From NCBI GenBank assembly GCA_029856145.1, contig JAHQWK010000022.1:61422-125421 (forward strand): DNA of 64,000 nucleotides. The letters run 5' to 3'. The first letter of the stretch is position 1, and each line of letters begins with the position of its first letter. The notes beneath the pieces are model-generated. The model searched no databases. It was given only the letters and a program-made list of their open reading frames with translations, and had not been told where the DNA came from. A program made the translations under genes and the position numbers. This DNA is from Promethearchaeia archaeon (lineage in GTDB: Archaea; Asgardarchaeota; Lokiarchaeia; Sigyniarchaeales; SOKP01). Of the stretch, positions 9,927 through 18,907 are shown one piece after another.

Positions 9927-10649
9927 TTACCTAAGTTTTTTTTTTGTATAAGATTTTGATGTATCTAAAATTTCAATAAAAAAATCGTTTAAGTTGGTGT
10001 TTATACATATTTCGCTATCCAAATCTTGGTTTAAAGTAATTATGCCATGATCTAATAAATAATTGATGCGATAATAAACATCCTCTCTCTTTTCATCAAT
10101 TTCTTTATAGATATCTGACTTGATGACCGTTTTATTCTCATTAAGCAAGTGTATTATTTTGTTATTTATTCGATCTCTTAAGATGAAAAGGATTCTTCCT
10201 GCCATCTCATCAAGTTCATATGGAAGAAAAACAGTATAGTTCCCAACTTTTATTTTTTTAATGTAATTAAATTTTAGAAGCATTTCCAAATGCCATACTA
10301 GTTGCCCAGAACTCCCCATTTCTTCTGATAAAGCTTTTTTTCTTAGAATTGAAAAGTGTACTCCAGGGTTCATTATTATGTATTTATAAATCCTATTTCT
10401 AATACTGTTTGAAAGAACTGTTTCCCTTGAGAATTTTGAACCTTCAATCAATATTTTTTTGTTTATTAGAAGTTGTATTATAAATAAGAGACCATTTCTG
10501 GGTATTTTTAATCTTTTTTTAGCAATATTGTATAGAGTCTCTAAATTTAATACTTTATTCTTACTCATTATTTCCTCAGCTATCTCTATAACTCTCTTTA
10601 CATTTGGATGTTCTAATCCAACTGGTTTAGATAAAATTTGAGTTTTCAT
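9927..10649 (-). CDS. Winged-helix transcriptional regulator (multiple wHTH)
   Basis: RNRIYKYIIMNPGVHFSILRK...GQLVWHLEMLLKFNYIKK pattern, followed by a second HTH (REDVYYRINYLLDHGII). Confidence 0.85.
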   Translation of the reverse strand: MKTQILSKPVGLEHPNVKRVIEIAEEIMSKNKVLNLETLYNIAKKRLKIPRNGLLFIIQLLINKKILIEGSKFSRETVLSNSIRNRIYKYIIMNPGVHFSILRKKALSEEMGSSGQLVWHLEMLLKFNYIKKIKVGNYTVFLPYELDEMAGRILFILRDRINNKIIHLLNENKTVIKSDIYKEIDEKREDVYYRINYLLDHGIITLNQDLDSEICINTNLNDFFIEILDTSKSYTKKKLR

Positions 10650-10684
10650 AATAAAGATAACAAATTGTATAATATTAGGGAAAT

Positions 10685-11050
10685 CTAAGCATTATATTCG
10701 ATTTTGGATAATTTATATGATTCTTTCTTTATATCGTTAAATAGGTTTACAAATTCTGTAAAAGATCCTTCAGGGGCTTTCAGAATTTCATCTTTTAACA
10801 ATTTCCTAAAATTGGCGTCTTTTATAATTTTATCAAGAATTCTATAAAGTTTGTTTCTTAATAAATTTAAATACAAATTATCAGTAAGAACAAATATTTT
10901 AGAAATATAACTTATTTTTTTAAAAAACGTGAAGAGCTTATAATTTTTTATTGTTAGTATTTCTAGCCTTCTTCTATATTTTAAGATTAATGACTCTATT
11001 ATTCCTAAAGTGTTATTTTGGTCCTTAAAATGTTTTCTTATAATTAACAT
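10685..11050 (-). pseudogene. Probable degenerate remnant paralogous to the C-terminus of the 8603-9904 protein
   Basis: LKDEILKAPEGSFTEFVNLFNDIKKESYKLS aligns by eye with IKTELIRSPLSFSSEFTKFYQELKDEIKKIS; the N-terminal half looks non-coding. Confidence 0.45.
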
Positions 11051-11146
11051 GTTAAAGAGGATTTAAAAGAAAAATGCAAGTTCAATGAAAGAATAATTTA
11101 TTAAATCCTATAAATTCATATAGACCGAAATTCTACAAAAGTAATA

Positions 11147-12131
11147 TTATAACTTCGTTATAAGACAATAATAAAATCCGATAGTATCGTGAATGTGAGG
11201 ATACAATCGTTGTGAGAACTTTAAATCTTCTATTAAATTAATTCCAAAAACTTCAGTTAATCCTTTCAAGCCATATTTATTAGAAATATCAACTATAGAA
11301 AAATTGTCTAAGCTCTTTAAGGTATCATTTACAACTAGCTCATTTTCTTCAGGAGCAATTGAACATGTACAATATAGTAAATTTCCCCTTGTTTTTAAAG
11401 TGTTTAATCCTGTTTTTAATAACTTCTTTTGAATTAAAGCCATTTTTTCAATGTATCGTATATTTTTACTCTTCTTTCTATCGGGATCTTGTCTTATCAA
11501 TCCTTCTCCTGTACATGGAGCATCTAATAAGATTTTATCCGCCTTAATATGTAAATTTGATACATTAACAGCGTCCATATTAAGAACTATTGAATTTATA
11601 ATTCCCATTCTACGAAGATTAATTTCTAAAGCAGGAATTCGATTTTTGTTCCTATCTATTAAAATCAATGTTCCTTCATTTTCCATTAGTTGAGCTAGAT
11701 GTGTTGATTTACTTCCTGGAGCTGCACACATATCAATCACAGTATCATTTGGCTTAGGATCGAGAATAATAGCTGAAAGCATTGAAGCAACATTTTGTAA
11801 ATAATAATAACCTTGTAGAAATTCATGAGAAGAACCTAAATTATAAGGGGTTTTTAACACATTAAATGCATGTGGAATCCATTCAATTGGTTCTAACTCA
11901 AATCCTTTGTTTTCTAATCTTTTTCTTAATTCTGATGTGGATATCTTAAGAGTATTGGTTCGGATTGATGGAGTTAATGGGAGCTCATTTGCTTTCAAAT
12001 AATTTATTGTTTCATCTAAACCTAAGAATTGAATATATCTTTCAATCATATAGGGAAGGTAACCATATTCTTCAGCGAGTTTTCTAGCATCTTTATGGGT
12101 CTGAGAAATTGAAAAATCATCTCGATTTCAT
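11147..12131 (-). CDS. RsmB/NOP2 (NOL1/Sun) family RNA m5C methyltransferase; 5' end irregular
   Basis: DMCAAPGSKS, LLDAPCTGEG and YCTCSIAPEENE motifs. The frame continues upstream of the 12049 ATG as KDARKLAEEYGYLPY, but the nearest upstream ATG (12131) is 1 nt out of frame. Confidence 0.9.
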
Positions 12132-12191
12132 TCTATTAATACTAATAAAAAATAATAAATTATAATTGTTATCAGAGAGAAAATTTGTCCT

Positions 12192-12806
12192 ATGATTGAA
12201 GTAGAAATAAAAGTAAGAATCTCAAATCACGATTTAATTCGAAAAAAGTTTGAAGAAAATAACGGAATTTATAAAATTTCACTTCTTCATGAGGATACTT
12301 ATTTTAACCTGCCAAAAGGATTAAGAGATTTTAAAAAAACTGATGAAGCTTTAAGATTGAGGAAATCCGTTGAATTTAACAAAAATGATGAGACAAAAAA
12401 ACAAGTTATCAATCATTTTATCACTTATAAAGGTAAAAAGATGGATCTCTCGACAAAAACTCGTAAAGAGCTTGATATCAAAATAGAAGACATTGAAAAT
12501 ATGAAGTTATTGCTAGAAGAATTGGGATTTCAAGAAATCTTTACCGTTAAGAAAGAAAGAGAATTATATGAGTTTGAATTTAAAAACTACTATATTGAAG
12601 CGTTAATTGATTATCTACCAATTTTAGACCAACATTTTTTAGAAGTTGAATTTTTATTAGATTCTCCTAAAAATCTTAAAGATTCCACAGTAGTTCTATT
12701 TGATTTTTTAAGTTTGTTCGGTATTAAGAAGGAAGAATCTATAAGAAAATCATATTTAGAACTGATTGCTGAAAAACTTAAAGGAAATTTTAAAAGATTT
12801 TCTTGA
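12192..12806 (+). CDS. cyaB: CYTH-domain protein (class IV adenylate cyclase-like / triphosphate tunnel enzyme)
   Basis: EVEIK N-terminal ExExK, HEDTYF, DEALRLR, ITYKGKK, VKKERELY, FLEVE, RKSYLEL. Confidence 0.9.
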   Translation: MIEVEIKVRISNHDLIRKKFEENNGIYKISLLHEDTYFNLPKGLRDFKKTDEALRLRKSVEFNKNDETKKQVINHFITYKGKKMDLSTKTRKELDIKIEDIENMKLLLEELGFQEIFTVKKERELYEFEFKNYYIEALIDYLPILDQHFLEVEFLLDSPKNLKDSTVVLFDFLSLFGIKKEESIRKSYLELIAEKLKGNFKRFS

Positions 12807-13085
12807 TTATTTCTTTAAATCTTTATATTGTCCATCCAAGATTTGTGCGATATAACGTCGTTCTTTAATAATCCACATTATTTTATGACCTTCTCTAGCC
12901 TTTTTACCCCATTCTGATTTTTTATTGCGATTTTGTTCAATATATCGATATCCAAAAAGATCCACATATTTTACACCACTAGAAAATTTGTGTATAGAGT
13001 ATTCGATATCATCAATTTCAACATTTTTTTTACGTTCAAATATGGCATTAAAGATCTTCAAACCATTTTCTTTTAAATCTTCCAT
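12807..13085 (-). CDS. Small hypothetical protein
   Basis: 92-aa ORF with ATG, 14 nt downstream of the HD gene, protein-like composition (YIEQNRNKKSEWGKKAREGHKIMW). Confidence 0.75.
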   Translation of the reverse strand: MEDLKENGLKIFNAIFERKKNVEIDDIEYSIHKFSSGVKYVDLFGYRYIEQNRNKKSEWGKKAREGHKIMWIIKERRYIAQILDGQYKDLKK

Positions 13086-13099
13086 ACTCTTGAATCACC

Positions 13100-14575
13100 T
13101 CAAATTATTATAGTATCTTGTGCCATTATGTTTTCTTTCTTTTCCTTTTTATCTTTTATAATTTCTATATCTTGAAGATTAATCATGGTTTTTGGGAACA
13201 ATTCTCCACTATCTAATCTTCCAAATGTTTTTCTCTTTTCATTTGAAAATAATTTGAAATTAAATTCCATGATGTCTTTAGCTTGTTGATTTTTAAATTG
13301 CATTAACCAAGTAAATTCATCTAAACTAAGTAAAAGTTCATCTAACAATGTTACTTTTTGCAATTCAGTAGTAAAATATGTATCACGTATTTGAACAGGA
13401 ATAGGTCTCCCCCACTCCTGCAATTCATCTATTAACATTAAGAAAAATGCTAATGGTTGCTCTTCAAAAACATAATCTTTAAGTTGGGCTTTAAAATTAT
13501 GTAATGCTATTGCTCTTGCAACTAATATATATCCGATATATTCATTATTTTGTTTAATTTCGTGTGGACTTCCAAGACCCTTCAAAAGAGAAAGCGCAGA
13601 AATGACACCATGATCTAATTCTACAGGGTTCTTATATTCAAATTCAGGATGTCCATTTGGCTGATTTAAGAAAGTCTGTGTATCTTGAACAGAACTGCTT
13701 TGATATTTAAATCCAGCTCCTTGCCTTATTAGTTCACGAGCTTCTTTAGAAAGTCCTTCTTCTATAATTTTCAGATATTCTTCTTGTTTGCCTTTCCATG
13801 CTAAAGTTATTTCAAAAGGTATGAATTCTAAATCAAGAGTAGGATAACACTTTAATAATTGGTTAAGAAGTGAATAGTTAACTGCTGTTGTCATTTTTCC
13901 TAAAGGATAACCGATATCATGAAGTAACCCCGTGATCCACCAAAATTTATCCTTTAATAAATTCTTGTCTAGTTCTGTTAATTCAGAAATCACGCCTTCT
14001 AGAGATCCTTGTCCTAAATCTTGTTCTAAAAGAAAATCTCCTAACACTGCCACCCGAAGCGCATGTTCAGTATGATCTCGATAATATTTTCTTACACTGG
14101 TACTATAAAGAAATGCCTCAAGGTCGGGTAAAGCTCGTATAAGATATAATAAACCCTCAGATTCAATTCCCCTTTCTTTAGATACATCAAAAAGAGCCGT
14201 AGATAAATCTTTTTTTTTACCTGTAATAAAATCCAAATCAAAATCTAAGCCCTCAACATCCTTTAAAGATTTTTTAATATGTTTCTCAATTGGTTTTTTA
14301 ATCCCACTAAGAATTTTCGTTTTAAAGCTTGAAATACTTTTTCCCAAAAATCCTAACTTATCCAATTCTTTTTGTGCTTCGCTTAATTCCTTATCCAAAT
14401 CTTTGAATGATAACATTTTTTTATCTTTTTTGAATTCTTCAAGTGCTTCAGGATGTACTTCTTCTAAAGTTTTTTCTACAGAACTCATTATATTAGAAAG
14501 CCATTGGCTAAAACTATTACTTTGACCCGAAATTCGATTTAATATCCAATCATCATTTATTTGAAAATCTGGCAA
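13100..14575 (-). CDS. HD-superfamily metal-dependent phosphohydrolase
   Basis: DHTEHALRV ... LLHDIGYP ... DHGVISA ... ALHN ... DELQEWGRP metal-ligand pattern. Confidence 0.8.
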   Translation of the reverse strand: MPDFQINDDWILNRISGQSNSFSQWLSNIMSSVEKTLEEVHPEALEEFKKDKKMLSFKDLDKELSEAQKELDKLGFLGKSISSFKTKILSGIKKPIEKHIKKSLKDVEGLDFDLDFITGKKKDLSTALFDVSKERGIESEGLLYLIRALPDLEAFLYSTSVRKYYRDHTEHALRVAVLGDFLLEQDLGQGSLEGVISELTELDKNLLKDKFWWITGLLHDIGYPLGKMTTAVNYSLLNQLLKCYPTLDLEFIPFEITLAWKGKQEEYLKIIEEGLSKEARELIRQGAGFKYQSSSVQDTQTFLNQPNGHPEFEYKNPVELDHGVISALSLLKGLGSPHEIKQNNEYIGYILVARAIALHNFKAQLKDYVFEEQPLAFFLMLIDELQEWGRPIPVQIRDTYFTTELQKVTLLDELLLSLDEFTWLMQFKNQQAKDIMEFNFKLFSNEKRKTFGRLDSGELFPKTMINLQDIEIIKDKKEKKENIMAQDTIII

Positions 14576-14848
14576 ATTAATACAACAAAGAGTTTTATTT
14601 ATCTATTTTAATCTATAGTATTTATTCTTTTTAAATTTTTAAATTGAAGTTAAGATGTTAATAAGAAGTGAAACTAATAAAGCATACTTCTTGAGAATAC
14701 AGAAATTTCGTGTTATTATCTTAGAATTGGATTTCTTCCTAAAAATTTAAATGTCCGATAATTTATGTTAAACCAAATTAAAAACGATTTTGATATCATG
14801 TTTTAAATTGTATAGATTCAATCCTTTTTTTTAAAATATAACATCGAA

Positions 14849-16237
14849 GTGTTGATTTTTTTCATGGTTTACTTTGAAATTGATCGTTTAGGATTTAATT
14901 GCGGAAAAATTAAGGAAAAGTGCTCAAAATACCCTAAATTCTGTATGGCTTGCATTAAAAATAGATTAAAGCAACTTGGATTTGAAATTGATTCTAATGT
15001 AGAAGTATATGAGGTAGATTCTTATGAACGCCGTATTCAGATGGAACGAGAGTTAATTTGGCGGAAGTTTTTAGATGTTCTGAATATTAGGCATATTATA
15101 ATAATGGATAAAGAGTCAGGTTTGACTTTATTGAATTATCCCGTATCGGGAGAAGAAATAAGCGCAGATTTATTAAGTGGGTTTATTCAAGCAAATATAA
15201 CTTTTTCTGAATACCATACTACTTCTTATGAGAATACACATTCACCAAGGAATCATAAGTTCTATGAGTTTCAATATCAAAACTTTAATATTCTTTTAAA
15301 GGATGGAGAATTTATTCGTCTCTGCTTAATGCTTGATCATAATGCTTCTGAAAATATGAGAAGCCATGTTCTCCAATTCATACCTGAATTCGAAGAAATA
15401 TTTAGTAAAGAACTAAATAATTTTAGAAATGCAGGAATGTTTTATTCTAAAAATATGGTTGAGTTCATTGTTGACTCGTTTGAAATAAAATTGGTTTTTC
15501 CCATGACTTTGGCTCTTTCGATTACTCCACATGATTTGAAGAGCATAGACCAAAATCAAATTCAAAAAGCTATAGTTAATATTGCTACAGAACTACTTAT
15601 TTCAAGGCAATTCTTTTTTATTAACAATTTGTTGAATCAAGTGAAGAAAATTGTTAATATAGATGCGAATGTTATTTTATACCAGATATATCAACTAGTA
15701 GAGAATAAAATCATTAATCCTATAAATTTAGAAGCAGTTGTGAGTAATATCGAAATGATTCAAGAAGCTCATAATGAAAAGGTCGCTAAATACAAACCAA
15801 TTTCTTCTATAATTATTACAAATTCAGATTTTGAAAAATTAAAAGAACAAGTAGAAGATATGGAAAAAGACTCAGCAATCAAAATGATAAAAGAATTAAT
15901 AAAAAAAGGTAAAGCTGCCGAGAAATCTCTAGCTTATCAAGTAGGAGAAGAAGAATACAAGAAAGCCTTATTTTTAGCTAGAGAATTTAATTTGAAAACA
16001 GAAATCGAGCGAACATCAAAAATGCTATTAGAATTAGACAAGCAAGTTAAACAAATAGAGTTAGACTTTAATATAGAAGCAGGAGAAAATGCGGAAAAGA
16101 ATGGTGATTTTATTAATAGCATCCAGTATTATCAAAAAGCATTAAAAATTCTCGAGGGTTTTCTAATTTATAATGTATCTGATTCTCGAATTAAAAAATT
16201 GAAAAAGAAGATTATTAAACTTCGTGAAGAGATTTAA
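14849..16237 (+). CDS. Protein with N-terminal Cys cluster, longin-like domain and C-terminal TPR-like helices (start probably ATG 14864)
   Basis: CGKIKEKCSKYPKFCMAC; IRHIIIMDKESGLTLL...ADLLSGFIQANITF longin-type pattern; AEKNGDFINSIQYYQKALKIL TPR-like. Confidence 0.7.
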   Translation: MLIFFMVYFEIDRLGFNCGKIKEKCSKYPKFCMACIKNRLKQLGFEIDSNVEVYEVDSYERRIQMERELIWRKFLDVLNIRHIIIMDKESGLTLLNYPVSGEEISADLLSGFIQANITFSEYHTTSYENTHSPRNHKFYEFQYQNFNILLKDGEFIRLCLMLDHNASENMRSHVLQFIPEFEEIFSKELNNFRNAGMFYSKNMVEFIVDSFEIKLVFPMTLALSITPHDLKSIDQNQIQKAIVNIATELLISRQFFFINNLLNQVKKIVNIDANVILYQIYQLVENKIINPINLEAVVSNIEMIQEAHNEKVAKYKPISSIIITNSDFEKLKEQVEDMEKDSAIKMIKELIKKGKAAEKSLAYQVGEEEYKKALFLAREFNLKTEIERTSKMLLELDKQVKQIELDFNIEAGENAEKNGDFINSIQYYQKALKILEGFLIYNVSDSRIKKLKKKIIKLREEI

Positions 16238-16246
16238 CCTCTTATA

Positions 16247-17383
16247 TTAAGATACATCCAATCTCACTACATCATGATGACATACTGTTAGCGAAGAATT
16301 AGGGGGAGCAATTAACTTCACATTATCTAACACTTCTACAAAAGAAGAAAGAATTACTAAATTCTGATTATTTCCAACTAATTGAACTCCATCATGAAGT
16401 AAACAATTATCTGCTATTATTGCTTTTTCACATTTAATATTCTTAGAAATGTAAGCCTCATTATAAATCAAGGTATCTTTGATTTCTGTATTTGCTCCAA
16501 TATACACATTATCACCAATTATTACATTTGGTCCTATCCGACAATTCTTTTTAATGACCACGTTTTTTCCAATAGTAACAGGAGGATAAATTAATGCTTT
16601 TCCTTCTATATCTAGATTCTCATCAATTAAATTTTCTTTTTTCTCCTTTAGGTTTTTTAATATATCCTTCATTAATTGAATATTTCCTTCCAGTAATTCT
16701 TCTGGTTTACCGATATCTTTCCAAATGCCTGGAATTGAATAATGATACAATTTTTCTTCACTTACGAGAATAGGAAAAACATCATGTTCAATTGAAACTT
16801 TTTTATTAGGTTTAATATATTGAAAAATATCAGGCTCCAAAAGGTAAACACCAGCATTGATAGGCATTGGAATATTTTTTCCATCTGGAGGTGTATATTC
16901 GGATTTTTCAAGAAATTTTAATATTTTATTTGTATCTTCTTCGACAATTAACACACCATATCTTGATGGATCTGGAACAATTTTACTAGCAATCACGCCT
17001 AATCCTTTATATCTATCATGAGCTTGAATCATTTCTTTAAAATCAAAATTGAAAATGACATCACCATTCAATATAAAAAAATCGTCATCTTTTAGATAAT
17101 CTTCAGCTAATTTTATCGCCCCAGCAGTTCCTAATGGGTTTTTTTCGTCTGTATATTCAATTTTAATTCCAAGTTTCTCTCCATTTCCTAAATGTTTTTT
17201 TACAAGATCTGCCATAACACTAACTGCTAGAACTATCTCTCGAACTCCCGCTGATTTTAGTAATAATATTTGGCGCTCAATAACTGGTTTATTAACTACT
17301 GGGATTAGCGTCTTAGGGATCACACAACTCAATGGTCTAAGTCTTGTGGCAAAACCACCCGAGAGAATTATTCCTTTTGTCAT
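16247..17383 (-). CDS. NDP-sugar pyrophosphorylase (mannose-1-phosphate guanylyltransferase-like) with left-handed beta-helix
   Basis: ILSGGFATRLRPL...PKTLIP, PLGTAGAI, LNGD, WKDIGKP, hexapeptide repeats. Confidence 0.92.
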   Translation of the reverse strand: MTKGIILSGGFATRLRPLSCVIPKTLIPVVNKPVIERQILLLKSAGVREIVLAVSVMADLVKKHLGNGEKLGIKIEYTDEKNPLGTAGAIKLAEDYLKDDDFFILNGDVIFNFDFKEMIQAHDRYKGLGVIASKIVPDPSRYGVLIVEEDTNKILKFLEKSEYTPPDGKNIPMPINAGVYLLEPDIFQYIKPNKKVSIEHDVFPILVSEEKLYHYSIPGIWKDIGKPEELLEGNIQLMKDILKNLKEKKENLIDENLDIEGKALIYPPVTIGKNVVIKKNCRIGPNVIIGDNVYIGANTEIKDTLIYNEAYISKNIKCEKAIIADNCLLHDGVQLVGNNQNLVILSSFVEVLDNVKLIAPPNSSLTVCHHDVVRLDVS

Positions 17384-17493
17384 TGTAAGAATTAAGTGAT
17401 TTTATCAAAAATCTAGTTTTTATATGATAGTTTTAAGGAATAATAGCAGAAATTAAAATTTAATCAATACTCAACTAAATGAATAAAAAATAT

Positions 17494-18804
17494 TTATAAT
17501 TCAATTTGTTCAGATCTAAAGCCAACTTTTTCTTTTTCTTCTATTATTTCAGCTTTAGATTCTTTACGGATAATATTTTTAATATCAGTAAAATACCATG
17601 TTATTACAATACTTACAAATTGTAAGTATATTACAATTATGAATAGTAACTGAATTCCAAAAAGTTCTGCTAGTGGTCCAGAGATTAACATTCCAAGCGG
17701 AGTGACAGCAGCAGCAATACTAATGACAATTGAAAATACTCTACCCTGGGTCTCTGGAGGTATTTTAGTTTGAAGTATTGTTAGAAACATAGTGTTTGCG
17801 ATAGGAATCATAGAAGCATGAAATAATGCACCAATCCCCATTAAAATAAAATTTCCAGTCGGAGCTAAGGTCAAAAGCGAGTAACCGGCAATTCCAATAA
17901 ACACAGAATATAAAATTATTAATTCCTTGTGTTTCCAATGTTTTTTAGCTAAAGCTATGATCGCCCCTATAACGATGCCAATTTGTAATAATGCACTTAT
18001 CAGAGCAAAATCTAGTTCTCCTCCAGAGTGATTGATAAAGACAAATAATGACATCTGAGTAGTGAAAGGCATGTTTAAGAGATTAATAACAGAAATAAAT
18101 ATAATTAAAATAAGAAAGCTTTTTACTGACTTCAAAATTTTTAAACCAGATTTAAAATCCTTAATAAATGAAATCTTTTCTTTTCGATTCGAATTTGATG
18201 TGATAGAGGGAATACTAATTAACAATAATGGAATAATTGCAATCCCAAAAGTGATAATATCAATCCAAAGTATATGTTCAATTTCAATTATAGGATTAAT
18301 TTCAACAATAGCTAATAAAATTCCTCCTACAATAGGACCGATTACTTGAATAACCCCTGTGAATAAATAATTAATTGCATTCATTCTACTTAGATGTTTC
18401 TTTGGTACCATTAACGGGATTATAGCATTTACCGTAGGAAAATGAATTGCTTGACAGATTCCTCGAAGAACATTCAGAAAGATTATAAGCCAATAATTAG
18501 CGAATCCAGTTAAAAAAAATAATATCATCGTAAAAGTTATGAGAGCTTGAAGTGAATCTGTTAATGCTATGGTAAGTTTTTTGTTCCATCTATCTATAAA
18601 CACCCCTATAAGGAGGGGGATAATTACCATTGGAAGCGCACCCAAGAAATATGCAATAGAAACGTAAATTGGGCTTAAAGTTTCTATAGCTATCCACACA
18701 ATAATAACAAACCGAACAATAGAGGACCCTAGTATCGAAACTAACTGCCCAGAAAATAAAAAAAGGTAACTCTTAAATGTATGTCCAGTTGGGCTTGACT
18801 CCAT
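17494..18804 (-). CDS. MFS transporter (MefA/DHA3-like efflux type)
   Basis: GQLVSILGS, GVFIDRWNKK, QTKIPPETQGRVFS; about 12 TM. Confidence 0.9.
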   Translation of the reverse strand: MESSPTGHTFKSYLFLFSGQLVSILGSSIVRFVIIVWIAIETLSPIYVSIAYFLGALPMVIIPLLIGVFIDRWNKKLTIALTDSLQALITFTMILFFLTGFANYWLIIFLNVLRGICQAIHFPTVNAIIPLMVPKKHLSRMNAINYLFTGVIQVIGPIVGGILLAIVEINPIIEIEHILWIDIITFGIAIIPLLLISIPSITSNSNRKEKISFIKDFKSGLKILKSVKSFLILIIFISVINLLNMPFTTQMSLFVFINHSGGELDFALISALLQIGIVIGAIIALAKKHWKHKELIILYSVFIGIAGYSLLTLAPTGNFILMGIGALFHASMIPIANTMFLTILQTKIPPETQGRVFSIVISIAAAVTPLGMLISGPLAELFGIQLLFIIVIYLQFVSIVITWYFTDIKNIIRKESKAEIIEEKEKVGFRSEQIEL

Positions 18805-18907
18805 AAAAATTGTAATTAAATATCATATCAAAACTTTATGAAATTATTTTGATTCTTTTGTAAATTTCTTAGATTTTGATAATAATTAAAAAAGTAAAAA
18901 AAATGAT

